Notes: generated from the sequence alone by a model not told the origin. Shown: positions 11,701-22,927, counted from the first letter of the stretch. The stretch: 46,990 nucleotides of DNA from an uncultured Candidatus Rokubacteria bacterium (GCA_963708025.1 CAVPSB010000004.1:1-46990); one strand, 5' to 3'. Numbers and translations: made by a program.

Positions 11701-11982
11701 CGGAACGGCAAGACCCGCCCGATCGCCGGACGGCTCACCGTGACGCCCGGCATCCGCCCCGGCGTCGTGGCCTACTCCCTCGGACACGGGCACTGGGCCT
11801 ACGGCGCCGAGGACGTCGTGATCGATGGCCAGGTCGTCAAGGGCGATCCCCGCCGCGGCGGCGGGATCCACGCGAACGCCGCGCTCCGGGTGGACCCGGT
11901 GCTCGGGAACACCACGCTCAGCGATCTGACCGGCGCCAGCGCCGTCTTCTACGACACCTCCGTCACGGTGACGCGCGCCTGA
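8751..11982 (+). CDS. ttrA: Molybdopterin oxidoreductase catalytic subunit, tetrathionate reductase (TtrA/SrdA) clade; many frameshifts
   Basis: Tat [22 protein letters not shown]0 cluster; [20 protein letters not shown] (Cys ligand position); [24 protein letters not shown]-terminal domain; about 1070 codons. Confidence 0.85.
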
Positions 11983-11993
11983 GAGGAGGGCCG

Positions 11994-12320
11994 ATGGCCG
12001 AGCTGCCGCAGCCATTCCAGCGGTTCCGTGACCAGAACCCGGCGGTCGTCACCGCCTACGAAGCGCTCGGCGAGGCGTGCGCGCAGGCCGGGCCGCTCGA
12101 GCCAAGGACGCGGGAGCTCGTGAAGCTCGCCCTCGCGATCGGCGCGCGGCTCGAGGGGGCCGTCCATTCGCACGCCCGCCGGGCCCTCGAGGCCGGCGCC
12201 AGCCGGGCCGAGATCCAGCACGTGATCGTGCTGGCGGCGCCGACCCTCGGCTTTCCCACCACGGTCGCGGTCTCGACCTGGGTGGATGACGTGCTGCGCT
12301 TGACGGAGACGACCCGATGA
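11994..12320 (+). CDS. Carboxymuconolactone decarboxylase/AhpD-like protein
   Basis: [49 protein letters not shown]. Confidence 0.85.
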   Translation: MAELPQPFQRFRDQNPAVVTAYEALGEACAQAGPLEPRTRELVKLALAIGARLEGAVHSHARRALEAGASRAEIQHVIVLAAPTLGFPTTVAVSTWVDDVLRLTETTR

Positions 12321-13181
12321 GCGCGCCGGACGCCGGGGTCGATCGGCCGCTGGCGGCCCGCGCCTTCCAGGACCTCCTGGCGGAGGCCGTCGCCTTCCAC
12401 GGGCACCTCTGCCCGGGCCAGGTCCTCGGCGTCCGCATGACGCTGGCGGGCTGACGGGCTCGAGCGGCCGAGGGCCGCCGGGAAGGGCCTGGTCGTTCGT
12501 CGAGATCGATCGCTGCGCGACGGACGCCATCCAGGTCCTGACCGGCGTGAGCATCGGCAAGCGCACGCTGCGCCATCGACTGGGAGATGGCGGCGACCTT
12601 CGTCGACGTCGCGGGGGCGTTGGGGGTTATCGCTCGGACGCACGCGTGGCGGCAATCTCGACTACGGGAAGATGGCGGCCACCTGTATTTCGGTCGACGC
12701 GCGGCGCCGGGCCGTCCGGGTCGTGGCGCGGGACGATGCCCGGCACCGCGCCGCCGAGTGGGCGCCGGCCGAGCCGGATCGCCGGCAGGCGCAGATGGTC
12801 GCCTACGAGGTGATGCCGGAGGCCGCGCTGCTCCGGATCGACCCGGTGGTGATCCGCCCGGGCTGGCTCGACCGGCGGCGCCGGCGCGTCGCGTGCGAGG
12901 CGTGCGGCGAGGGGATCACCTACGAGCGTGAAGTCGTGCGGGGCGGCCGCACCCTCTGCCGATCCTGCGCCGGGGACGGATACTACGCGCGGGTGAGTTC
13001 CCCGGCCTCGAACGGACCCGGTCAGACCGAGGGCCAGACGGTGTGGGCGGTGACGGTCGCCGTCGCCCCGCGGGCCGTCCGTGGCATCGGACGCCGTGAC
13101 GGACGGGGGGCTGATGTGCAGCCGGGAGTGCCGTCCGATCGCGCCCGACGCCGGCCGGCACGACTTTCAGGCGATCTATGA
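12317..13181 (+). CDS. FmdE-family protein with C-terminal zinc finger; frameshifted, 3' end uncertain
   Basis: [55 protein letters not shown]. Confidence 0.85.
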
Positions 13182-13723
13182 CGAATTCCAGCCGAAGATC
13201 CGTCGCTACCTGACGCGCCTCGTCGGCGCCACCGAAGCCGAGGATCTGACCCAGGAGGTCTTCGTCAAGGTCAGTCAGGCCCTCCCCGATTTTCGGGGGG
13301 ATTCCAGGGTCTCGACCTGGGTCTATCGCATTGCGACGAATGTCGCCTTCGATCGGCTGCGGAGCCCCTCATATCGGCGCGCGGCTCGAGTGCCGCTGGA
13401 GGGCCCCGAGCTCGCGGCCGGTCGACGGGTCCGGCATCGAGCAGGAGCTGATTCGGAAGGAAATGCAGGCGTGCATCCGCGGGTACATCGAGGACCTCCC
13501 GCCGCCGTACCGATCGGTGGTGCTGCTCAGCGAGGAAGCGGAGCTCACCAACCAGGAGATCGCCGACGTGCTGGGCCTCACCCTCGACACGGTCAAGATC
13601 CGGCTCCATCGCGCGCGGGGTCGGCTCAGGAAGGACCTCGGCCGCGGCTGCACGGTCTCTCGGGACGAGCGCAACGAGCTCGCCTGCGAGCCGAAGGTCG
13701 GGGGTGTATCCTCCGAGGACTGA
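13114..13723 (+). CDS. ECF RNA polymerase sigma factor (SigZ-like, Cys-containing C-terminal extension); one frameshift
   Basis: AEDLTQEVFVKV, STWVYRIATN, EIADVLGLTLDTVKIRLHRAR, C-terminus GCTVSRDERNELACEPK. Confidence 0.88.
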
Positions 13724-13759
13724 CCGCCGTCTATAGGGGCGGAGAAGGGAGGTCAGGCC

Positions 13760-14017
13760 ATGAAGCTCGACGATCGGATCACCGAGTTGGTCGCCATCGG
13801 GGCCTCGGTCACCGCGAACTGTCTCTCGTGTCTGGAGTACCACGTGAGCAAGGCCGCGGAGGCCGGCGTCGACGAGGAGGAGATCGCTGGGGCCATCGAC
13901 GTGGGCAAGATGGTCCGCAGGGGCGCGGCCGGCAAGATGGACAAGCTCGTGGAGAGCCTTCGCCGGACTGCCCCGTCGGGAACCAGCGGCCCGACCCAGA
14001 GCTGTGGGTGTGCGTGA
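13760..14017 (+). CDS. CMD/AhpD-like protein with CxxC
   Basis: ELVAIGASVTANCLSCLEYH, C-terminal SCGCA; GGAGG RBS. Confidence 0.85.
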   Translation: MKLDDRITELVAIGASVTANCLSCLEYHVSKAAEAGVDEEEIAGAIDVGKMVRRGAAGKMDKLVESLRRTAPSGTSGPTQSCGCA

Positions 14018-14048
14018 CGGCGCCGTGCCCGTGACGGAGGAATCGGCG

Positions 14049-14285
14049 ATGTGGGGACCAGGACCGTGGGGCATGCCGATGTGGGGCCTGGGCTGGGTGT
14101 TCCCGCTCCTCGGGTTGCTGTTCATCATCGGCATGATGGTGTTCTGTGCGCGCGCGATGCGGGGGATGATGGGCGGCGCGGGGATGTGTGGCCATGGCGA
14201 GCGCCACGTGAGCGACGCGGACGACCTTCGGCGCGAAGTGCGTGAGCTCCGCGAGGAGGTCCAGAAGCTTCGAGCAGGCCGTTGA
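14049..14285 (+). CDS. Small Met/Gly-rich single-TM protein with C-terminal coiled coil
   Basis: GGAGG RBS; MWGPGPWGMPMWG, TM helix, GMCGHG, LRREVRELREEVQKL. Confidence 0.65.
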   Translation: MWGPGPWGMPMWGLGWVFPLLGLLFIIGMMVFCARAMRGMMGGAGMCGHGERHVSDADDLRREVRELREEVQKLRAGR

Positions 14286-14395
14286 GGCGAGGCGTCGCCG
14301 ACCGCCCCGGCCGCTGAACGGGTCTCGCGCGGTCGCACGACGCCGCGGCCGCGATGAACCCGATCCGGTTGCAGAAGGCCGAACGCGGTCCAGCG

Positions 14396-16201
14396 TCAGG
14401 CTGGCGAACGATCCCGGGCCGCCAGCTCGCGCAGCCGCGCCGGTCCGGCTGCGTCACTCACCTGAAACGGGACGAGCGCGACGCGCTGAGCCAGATCCGC
14501 TGCGACTCTGCGGATCAGCGCGCACCTCGGCGTTCGCCCGCTGCTGCAGGACAGGATCGGTCAGGTGCGCCGCGAGCAGGCTCGCGTTGATCACCCACGC
14601 GAATGGTTCGATGCCCGCCTGTCGCAGGTCCTCTTGAAGGGCCTGCGCCTCGAGGACCGGTGTCGTCTCCGCGAGCGTGACGATGAGCACCTTCGTCACC
14701 TCGGGATCGCGCAAGATCATCAGCGGCGTGACGAACCTCGGCTGCCCTGGTGTTCGGCTCGTGCGGCACCAGCTGGCGATGGAATGACACCGGCCGTGTC
14801 GAGCAGGCGCAGCGTGTGGCCGGTCGGCGCCGTATCGACGACGACCAGCTCGTGTTTCGCACGCACGACGATCTTCGAGAAGGCGACGAAGAACGCGATC
14901 TCGTCGTAGCAGGGAGACTGCAGTTCCTCGTGCAAGAGCGCACGGTGCTCCGCATCAAGCCCTGGCGCCTTGCTGGCGAATGTCTCATCGCGATAGCGGC
15001 GCGCCTCCGCGACCGGGTCGATACGGCTGACGCTCAGCCCCGGGACATCGCTACGGCCAGTGTTTCGGTCAGGTGCGCCGCGGGATCGGTGGTCGTGAGA
15101 AGGACGGGTCGGCCGCGATCCGCCAGCGCGACGGCGATCGAGGCGGCGATGGTCGTCTTGCCGACCCCGCCCTTGCCCATGACCATGACCAACCCGTGAT
15201 CACGGGCCGCGAGTTCCTCAATGATCGAGGCGAGCGGCGGAATCGCTGGCATCTCGACACTCGTCGCGCGCGGCTCGCGGACCCTGAGGTTCCTCTCCCT
15301 TCGGTTCGGCCAAGAACGCGCGCACCATCGGCAGACCCACGATGTTGAAGCCGCGCATCGGCACGTCGATGCGCCGAAGCGCGCGCAGGCCCGCCGGCAT
15401 GTCAGCCAACGCCTTGTTCGCCCGCTCCTCGACCGCCAGAGCCACTGGATCGTGACGGTCTGTCGCGCGGAACACCGCGTTGACGATCAGCACCTGGTTC
15501 TGCATCCCAAGCGCGCCGAGTTCCGTGCGGGTTCGTTCAGCCTCCAGAAGCGCCACGCGATCGGGCCGCGCGACGAGCACGAGGGTGGTCGCACTGGCAT
15601 CGCCCAGCGTGCGCACGGCCTCTTGGTAACGCGCCTGCTGCGCCTTCAGGCCCGCCAGCGGGCCCAGACACGACACGTCAGGGTTGCTCGTATCCAGGTA
15701 GCGACTCCAGGCCGCCGGCAGTTGCAGCAGGCGCAGCGTGTGGCCGGTCGGAGCCGTGTCGAAGACGACGTGATCGACTGACTGCATCAGCGCGTCCTGA
15801 CCGAGCAGCACGGTGAATTCGTCGAAGGCCGCGACCTCGACGGTGCAGGCGCCGGCGAGCTGCTCTTCGAGCTGGGCGAGCTCCGCGGCCGGGCACGGTG
15901 CCGCGGTAGGGGGCGATGGTGCGCGTCGCGATAGTCCCGCGCGGCCGCATCGGGATCGATGTTCATCGCGAGCAGGTCTGGGGCACCCGGAACGGACCGA
16001 CGGCGTGTTCCCGAGCGCACGCCGAGGACCGCGTCGAGGTTCGACGCCGGGTCGGTGCTCACCAGCAGCGTGCGTCGACCCCGATCGGCAAGACCGACGG
16101 CGGTCGCACACGCGAGCGACGTCTTGCCGACGCCGCCCTTCGCCTGTGAAGAAGTAAAAGCGGACCGGGTGCTGGATGAGCTCGAGCACGGCGTCGCTCA
16201 C
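14396..16201 (-). CDS. arsA: Arsenical pump-driving ATPase; frameshifted
   Basis: Two GKGGVGKT P-loops, two DTAPTGHTLRLL, STDPASNL, metalloid Cys in GACTVE, SCLGP and SPC. Confidence 0.93.
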
Positions 16202-16439
16202 ATCGCCTCGTGGGATGACGGCGCGGCGCGACTCAAGATGGACGCCGCTCGCCGGGTCCACCCGAGCGGCTCAGGCCGTGGCAGTCCCACTCCTTCTTCA
16301 GCGCGGTCATGCCGGCCACTTGGTCAAGGCTGTCATGGCATCCTCCCGGCTCGCGGAGGAACGGACCTGCTGAGCGGACGGTGCAACGCCGGTGCCACGG
16401 GTCCTTGGCTGGCAGGGTGCCACTTCACGACGAGCCGCG

Positions 16440-16640
16440 TCCCGGTTTGAGGCGTTGCTGACCCACCTGGGCACCCGCGCCCCCATGCGGGCGTGACGCC
16501 ACCGGCCAAGACCTCCACGACGTAGGGGTGAAGTGGTCGGGAAGCTTGGCACGCTTGAGGGTCCGGGCGAAGGCGCGGCGGACGTTCGCAACCTGGAGCG
16601 ATGTCGCGGTCTCGGAACAGAACACGAGCGCCGGCATCTC
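16440..16640 (-). mobile_element. Degenerate tyrosine integrase C-terminal remnant
   Basis: PALVFCSETATSLQVANVRRAFARTLKRAKLPDHFTP precedes the position of the HxLRH box, which is destroyed. Confidence 0.55.
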
Positions 16641-16772
16641 ACGTCGCCGGACCGAACCTGTGCGATGTGGCGGGCAGGGCGTCCTGGTCGGGCCCGCTGT
16701 CGGGCAGGCGTCCAACAAGGAAGCCTGTGGGTGGATCGCAAGAGTGTAGGGCTCGTCGAGCGGCATCACGCC

Positions 16773-17243
16773 TCACCCCTCACGCTCACGACGGCGGTGC
16801 CTCGCCGCGATCTCTCGTGCCGTCACGCCCGTTGCCCCGACCACGTGGTCCAGCACGCGGCGAACCCGGCCGAGTAGTGCGAGCAGGGCGCGTCCGTGTG
16901 GTGTCAAGGCGGTGCCTCTCGCAGCGCCCTTGCCGGGACGAGCGTGCGTCAGGGGAGCGCCCAGCGTGCGTTCGGCCTGGCGAAGGTATCCCCAGGCATG
17001 GCGATAGGACCACCCCACGTGCCGGGCCGCGGCGGCGAGCGATCCCAGGCGCCGGAGGTGACGGAGCAGATGCCATCCGCCCTCCCCGATGAGGAACCGG
17101 CCACCCTCGGCTTCGAGCCAGACCTTGGTGCGAACGTGGAGGCCGACTATGTTCGGCGGTGCCTTTTGACGGCTCGCTCGCCCACCGGTACCCTCCGCCT
17201 CGGTCGGCGAGCGACGGCGTGGCAGGCGCTCCCGAGCCCGCAT
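16773..17243 (-). CDS. ModE-like winged-helix regulator, DNA-binding domain only; start uncertain
   Basis: KVWLE..FLIGEGGWHLL..GSLAAAARHVGWSYRHAWGYLRQAERTLG..GTALTPHG. Confidence 0.85.
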   Translation of the reverse strand: MRARERLPRRRSPTEAEGTGGRASRQKAPPNIVGLHVRTKVWLEAEGGRFLIGEGGWHLLRHLRRLGSLAAAARHVGWSYRHAWGYLRQAERTLGAPLTHARPGKGAARGTALTPHGRALLALLGRVRRVLDHVVGATGVTAREIAARHRRREREG

Positions 17244-18090
17244 GGCCCCTCATCATACCGAGTCGTTGACGGGAAGGACATCGGGGTGGCGGCAGCCCGC
17301 GTGGGCGATCGTCACGGGCACCGGCGTCGGAATGCTCGGCGGCTTGCTAGGGCTCGGGGGGGCCGAGTTCCGACTCCCCGTGCTCGTACGCCTGTTTGGC
17401 TACGGCCTACCGCGAGCGATCCGCTTCAATCTCGTCATCAGCGGTGTGACGGTCCTCGCGGCGCTCACGACGCGGGTGATCTTGACCGGATCCACCAGTG
17501 CCCATCTGACCTCGCTTGGCGCACCGGTTCTGGGCATGATCCCTGGCGGCATGGCCGGGGCGTACCTCGCCGGGACGTGGTTGATCACGGTCTCCGAGGC
17601 CGCGCTGCATCGAATGGTGCGGACGCTGTTACTGGGTATCGGTGTGCTGTTGATTGTCGAAGCCGGGGTACCCTGGGCGTCGGCTGGCCTCCCCCTGGGG
17701 CCGCTGGGCCTGGCGGCGCTCGGATGTGTGGCTGGTCTGGGCATTGGCGTGGTCAGCAGCGTGCTCGGCGTCGCCGGCGGCGAGCTGATCATCCCGACCC
17801 TCATCTTTGGCTTCGGGGCTGAGGTCAAATTAGCCGGCACGCTGAGCCTGCTGATCAGCCTACCGACGATCCTCGTCGGACTTCGGCGCCACTGGGTCCA
17901 GGGGCATCGATTCGACGGTGGCGATCTTGCGACGATGATTCTCCCGATGGCCGCCGGGTCCATCGCCGGGGCCGTGCTGGGCGGCGCGCTCGTCCGCTAT
18001 GCGCCTGCTCCCGCCGTGAAGATGCTTCTGGGCCTCGTCCTGATCGGATCCGCGCTGAAGGCGTTCTCGCCAAGCCGAGTAGCCTCCTGA
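17242..18090 (+). CDS. TauE/SafE sulfite-exporter family permease
   Basis: GGLLGLGGAEFRLP and SSVLGVAGGELIIPTL repeats; about 8 TMs. Confidence 0.88.
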   Translation: MAPHHTESLTGRTSGWRQPAWAIVTGTGVGMLGGLLGLGGAEFRLPVLVRLFGYGLPRAIRFNLVISGVTVLAALTTRVILTGSTSAHLTSLGAPVLGMIPGGMAGAYLAGTWLITVSEAALHRMVRTLLLGIGVLLIVEAGVPWASAGLPLGPLGLAALGCVAGLGIGVVSSVLGVAGGELIIPTLIFGFGAEVKLAGTLSLLISLPTILVGLRRHWVQGHRFDGGDLATMILPMAAGSIAGAVLGGALVRYAPAPAVKMLLGLVLIGSALKAFSPSRVAS

Positions 18091-18226
18091 CCTGGCTAAC
18101 GGAAGGCGAGCGGACGACGGGGTTCGCTGAGGATATGGACACTCACGGGTTCCGGGCAACCTAGCACCGAGCCCTGCCAGCACGACCAGCCTGGCGTCCT
18201 AGCGGCGACGAGCACGACACAAAGCG

Positions 18227-18462
18227 CCGCTTGCTACCACGCTGCTACCACTCCACCCCGATTCAGGGTGATCCAGGCTGACCTCCGTCTACCAGTCCGG
18301 CTCGTAATCATCGATACTTGGCTCATCCTGGGTTTCGCCAGAGGGTCCTTTTGAGCAGGGAGTCGAAGGTTCGAATCCTTCACGCCTCACCACCGTATCT
18401 CCGCGAACTTCCACCGTGCCCGACGTCTGATAGTCTTCTGCCCGCATCCCGCTTGCTACCAC
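18227..18462 (+). repeat. Direct repeats resembling integrase arm-type sites
   Basis: CCGCTTGCTACCAC at 18227-18240 and 18449-18462; third core TGCTACCAC at 18243-18251. Confidence 0.7.
18348..18392 (+). mobile_element. 3' half of tRNA-Lys(TTT): att-site duplication marking an island end
   Basis: Canonical spacing: loop CT-TTT-GA, GCAGG, variable GAGTC, T-arm GAAGG-TTCGAAT-CCTTC, acceptor ACGCCTC, A, CCA; no D-arm or 5' acceptor strand upstream. Confidence 0.8.
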
Positions 18463-18625
18463 TTCGATCGTCGACGGGAACCTGGTCCGCCGCCGCGCCT
18501 CGACGGATTCGGCGGACACCTCGGCGTCGCCGGTGTGGCAGCCCGCTCTTCGTCTTCGGCGGAGAGGCGGCCACTCCCGACGGGGCAGTCCACGTCAACC
18601 TCGAGAGCATTCGGCATCGACGCCA

Positions 18626-18661
18626 TACGGCCCCCGGAGGCGGGATGCCGCCGGAGGCCGT
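18626..18661 (-). terminator. Imperfect hairpin downstream of groEL
   Basis: ACGGCCcCCGGaGGC..GCCgCCGGaGGCCGT; no clear U-tract. Confidence 0.35.
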
Positions 18662-18694
18662 CGGAGTCGCCGGATGCTCTGGCCGGCGGGTTAG

Positions 18695-20365
<1,671 letters not shown>

Positions 20366-20418
20366 TCAGTCGTTATCGGAGTGAGTGAGTCTGCAACGCC
20401 ACGGCGCGTGGGGGGTCG

Positions 20419-20730
20419 TTACTCGAGGATCCCCAGGATGTCCTCTTCCTTCATGATGAGGAGCTCCTCCCCGTCGATCTTCACCTCGCTGCCGGACCAC
20501 TTCCCGAAGAGGATGCGGTCCCCCGCCTTGACGGCGAGAGGCAGCGTCTTCCCGTCATCGGTCACCTTGCCGGTGCCGACCGCGATGACTTGGCCCTCCT
20601 GGGGCTTCTCCTTGGCGCTGTCCGGGATGATGATGCTGCCGTGCTTCTCGTCCTGCTCCTCGAGGCGCTTGATGAGGACCCGGTCGTGGAGCGGACGCAG
20701 CTTGGTCTTCAGCTTGGTTGTCGTAGCCAT
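20419..20730 (-). CDS. groS: Co-chaperonin GroES
   Basis: [31 protein letters not shown]. Confidence 0.99.
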   Translation of the reverse strand: MATTTKLKTKLRPLHDRVLIKRLEEQDEKHGSIIIPDSAKEKPQEGQVIAVGTGKVTDDGKTLPLAVKAGDRILFGKWSGSEVKIDGEELLIMKEEDILGILE

Positions 20731-20812
20731 CGTGCGAGAGTCTCCTTCCTTACACGTGCAAGGGCTGGGTGGAGGACACGCGGGAACCGACCCGAGGATC
20801 GCCGTCGGGCTA

Positions 20813-20866
20813 TTAGCACTCCCGAGGAACGAGTGCTAGTCTACCGCGCTCGCAGGCCAGGGTCAA
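20813..20866 (-). promoter_or_regulatory. CIRCE (HrcA operator) and sigma70 promoter of groESL
   Basis: TTAGCACTC-N9-GAGTGCTAG at 20813-20839; on the minus strand TTGACC(20866-20861)-17-TAGACT(20843-20838). Confidence 0.92.
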
Positions 20867-21098
20867 CCGCCACCGGTGGGTCGGACCGCTCCGCCGCGTC
20901 CCCAGGCCCGCGGCCGTCCCGGCTAGGAAGCCCAGCTCACGCACTTCTGGCAGCACACGCCGGGGTCGTGGCCGCCATAGCCGGATAGTGCGAAAGAGAG
21001 CAGGCAGAGTCAGAAGAAGGAGCCGTGGTCGCCGGCCGCCCTCTTTGCGCCTCACCCGGCAATGCGAGGGTACCGTGATCGCTCCCCGGGGAGCGGCG

Positions 21099-21422
21099 TC
21101 AGGCGTCGACCAGAATCTTGAACCCGCCATGGACCATGCGCTTGGTGTCGAAGGGCATCGACTTCGGATCCATCGTCGCGAGTCGCGGGTCCTTCATCAC
21201 CTTTGCGTTGACGCGATCCCGATGCGCGCGCGACTTGAACACGACCCAAGAGAACATCACCGTCTCGCCGGGCTTGAGCTTCATCACGCGCGGGAAGGGC
21301 ACCCCCCACTTCATGGCGAGGTCGTCGCCGACACATTCCCGAAACTCGAGGGCGCCGTGCTCCCGCCAGATCCTGCCTCCCTTTTGGGCGAGGCGGCGAT
21401 ACGCCTGCAGGTGTTTCGTCGG
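21099..21422 (-). pseudogene. DUF1428-family protein lacking its N-terminus
   Basis: WREHGALEFRECVGDD, ETVMFSWV, HRDRVNAKVMKDPRL, MPFDTKRMVHGGF; the usual MxYVDGFV start is absent. Confidence 0.8.
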
Positions 21423-21629
21423 ACGGCCACGACCGTGCGGATCCGGCACGACAAGGTGTCCATCACCGACGGCCCCTTCGCCGAGACGAAGGAGCAGCTG
21501 GGCGGCTTCTTTCTGATCAACGCCAGGGACCTGGACGAGGCCGTCCAGCTCGCCTCGAAGATCCCGTCGGCGCGCACGGGGAGCATCGAAGTGCGGCCGA
21601 TCAGCGAGGGAGGCTGCCAGCAGCCCTAG
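21423..21629 (+). pseudogene. YciI (DGPF) family protein, C-terminal half only
   Basis: TATTVR..TDGPFAETKEQLGGFFLI..GSIEVRP. Confidence 0.85.
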
Positions 21630-21688
21630 CCGAGGGACGCGCCACTTATCGCAGGCTGGCCCTCGAGACGGAGGCGCCTCGATCCGTC

Positions 21689-21895
21689 CTAGGCAGGATG
21701 GATACGCTCCTCCGGCAGCTCCACCCGCTTGACGCCCTTGAAGGTGAAGATGAGCTCGACCCGATACGTCGGCGGGTTCGACGACGTCTGCTCGAGCACC
21801 GTGGCCGGGACCTCGCGGACATTCTCGCTGAACGCCACGCCCTGGATCGTCATCCGGGAGAGATCGACCTTGACCCGCTGGTTCGGCGCGAACAT
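21689..21895 (-). CDS. Small hypothetical protein (68 aa)
   Basis: GGAGG RBS; MFAPNQRVKVDLS..YRVELIFTFKGVKRVELPEERI, natural amino-acid composition. Confidence 0.7.
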   Translation of the reverse strand: MFAPNQRVKVDLSRMTIQGVAFSENVREVPATVLEQTSSNPPTYRVELIFTFKGVKRVELPEERIHPA

Positions 21896-21924
21896 GACCA
21901 CCTCCGTGCTTGGCCCTCTCCCCG

Positions 21925-22914
21925 TCACCGGAACGCTGGCATCACCTCGCGCGCGAAGAGCTCGAGCTGTCGCATGATCTGCGCGTGTGGCATCCCCGGG
22001 GTGAAGAGGCGGCAGATCAGGTGGGTCATGCCGTACTGGGCGACGTACGGCTGCAAGCCCCGCACGATCTGCTCGGGCGTGCCGATCAGGAAGCGGTCCA
22101 CCATCAGCCGGTCGAGGTCCGCGGCGGTCTCGGCATCGATGAAGGGGTGCTTCCACGTCCCGCCGTATTCCTTCCCGTAGGCGAGCATGAGATGGCGGTC
22201 GGCGAGATCGCGCGCCTGGCGCTCGGTCTCGGTGACGATCACCTCGCGGGTCACCGGCCACTCGCGCGGGGACCCGGTGAGGCCGGCCGCCCGGCGGTGC
22301 TCGAGGATCGTCTCGCGGCTCCGGAGGAGTCGGGGGAGGTCGGCCGTCGGCCCGGGTAGCCAGGCGTCGCCGAGGGTGGCCGCGCGGCGGAGCGCGAGGT
22401 CGCCCCACCCGCCGATCCACAGCGGGGGATGCGGCTGCTGGAGGGGTTTGGGCTCGATCCGGGCGTTCTCCACCGCGAAGTGCTTCCCCCGGAACGTCAC
22501 CCGGTCCCGGGTCCAGAGCGCCTTCACCAGGGCCAGCCCCTCTTCCAGCCGCGCGCCGCGCTTCTCGAGCGGGGCGCCGTAGAGCGCGAACTCGTCCGGC
22601 CGGTAGCCGATGGCGACGCCCAGCACCAGCCGCCCGCCCGAGAGGGCGTCGAGCCACGCCGCTTCCTCGGCGAGGCGGACCGGGTGGTAGAAGGGGAAGA
22701 CGACGACGTTGGTGCCCAGCGTGATCCGGGACGTCCGGGGCGCGAGGGCCGTCAGCACCTGGAGGGGCGAGGGCCAGTAGTGGTCGCGGACGCCGTGGTG
22801 CTCGGCGAGCCAGACGGAGTCGAACCCGAGCTCCTCGGCCCGGGTCGCCTCGGCCAGGACCTCGCGGAAGAAGTGCCCACCCTCGGTGGGCTCGATGCCG
22901 AACTTCAGCGCCAA
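21925..22914 (-). CDS. LLM-class flavin-dependent oxidoreductase
   Basis: AEELGFDSVWLAEHH, HPVRLAEE, SGGRLVLGVAIGYRPDEF, PKPLQQPHPPLWIGG. Confidence 0.93.
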   Translation of the reverse strand: MALKFGIEPTEGGHFFREVLAEATRAEELGFDSVWLAEHHGVRDHYWPSPLQVLTALAPRTSRITLGTNVVVFPFYHPVRLAEEAAWLDALSGGRLVLGVAIGYRPDEFALYGAPLEKRGARLEEGLALVKALWTRDRVTFRGKHFAVENARIEPKPLQQPHPPLWIGGWGDLALRRAATLGDAWLPGPTADLPRLLRSRETILEHRRAAGLTGSPREWPVTREVIVTETERQARDLADRHLMLAYGKEYGGTWKHPFIDAETAADLDRLMVDRFLIGTPEQIVRGLQPYVAQYGMTHLICRLFTPGMPHAQIMRQLELFAREVMPAFR

Positions 22915-22927
22915 CCCACGGCTCGCG

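Noticed and set aside
8751-11982. Canonical ArrA, ArxA or AioA
   Set aside because: Length, B-before-A order and motifs ([14 protein letters not shown]) fit the TtrA/SrdA clade by eye, and there is no Rieske subunit; a tree is still needed
18300-18392. Complete functional tRNA gene
   Set aside because: No 5' acceptor strand or D-arm, and the 5' anticodon stem (GGGTC) cannot pair with GCAGG
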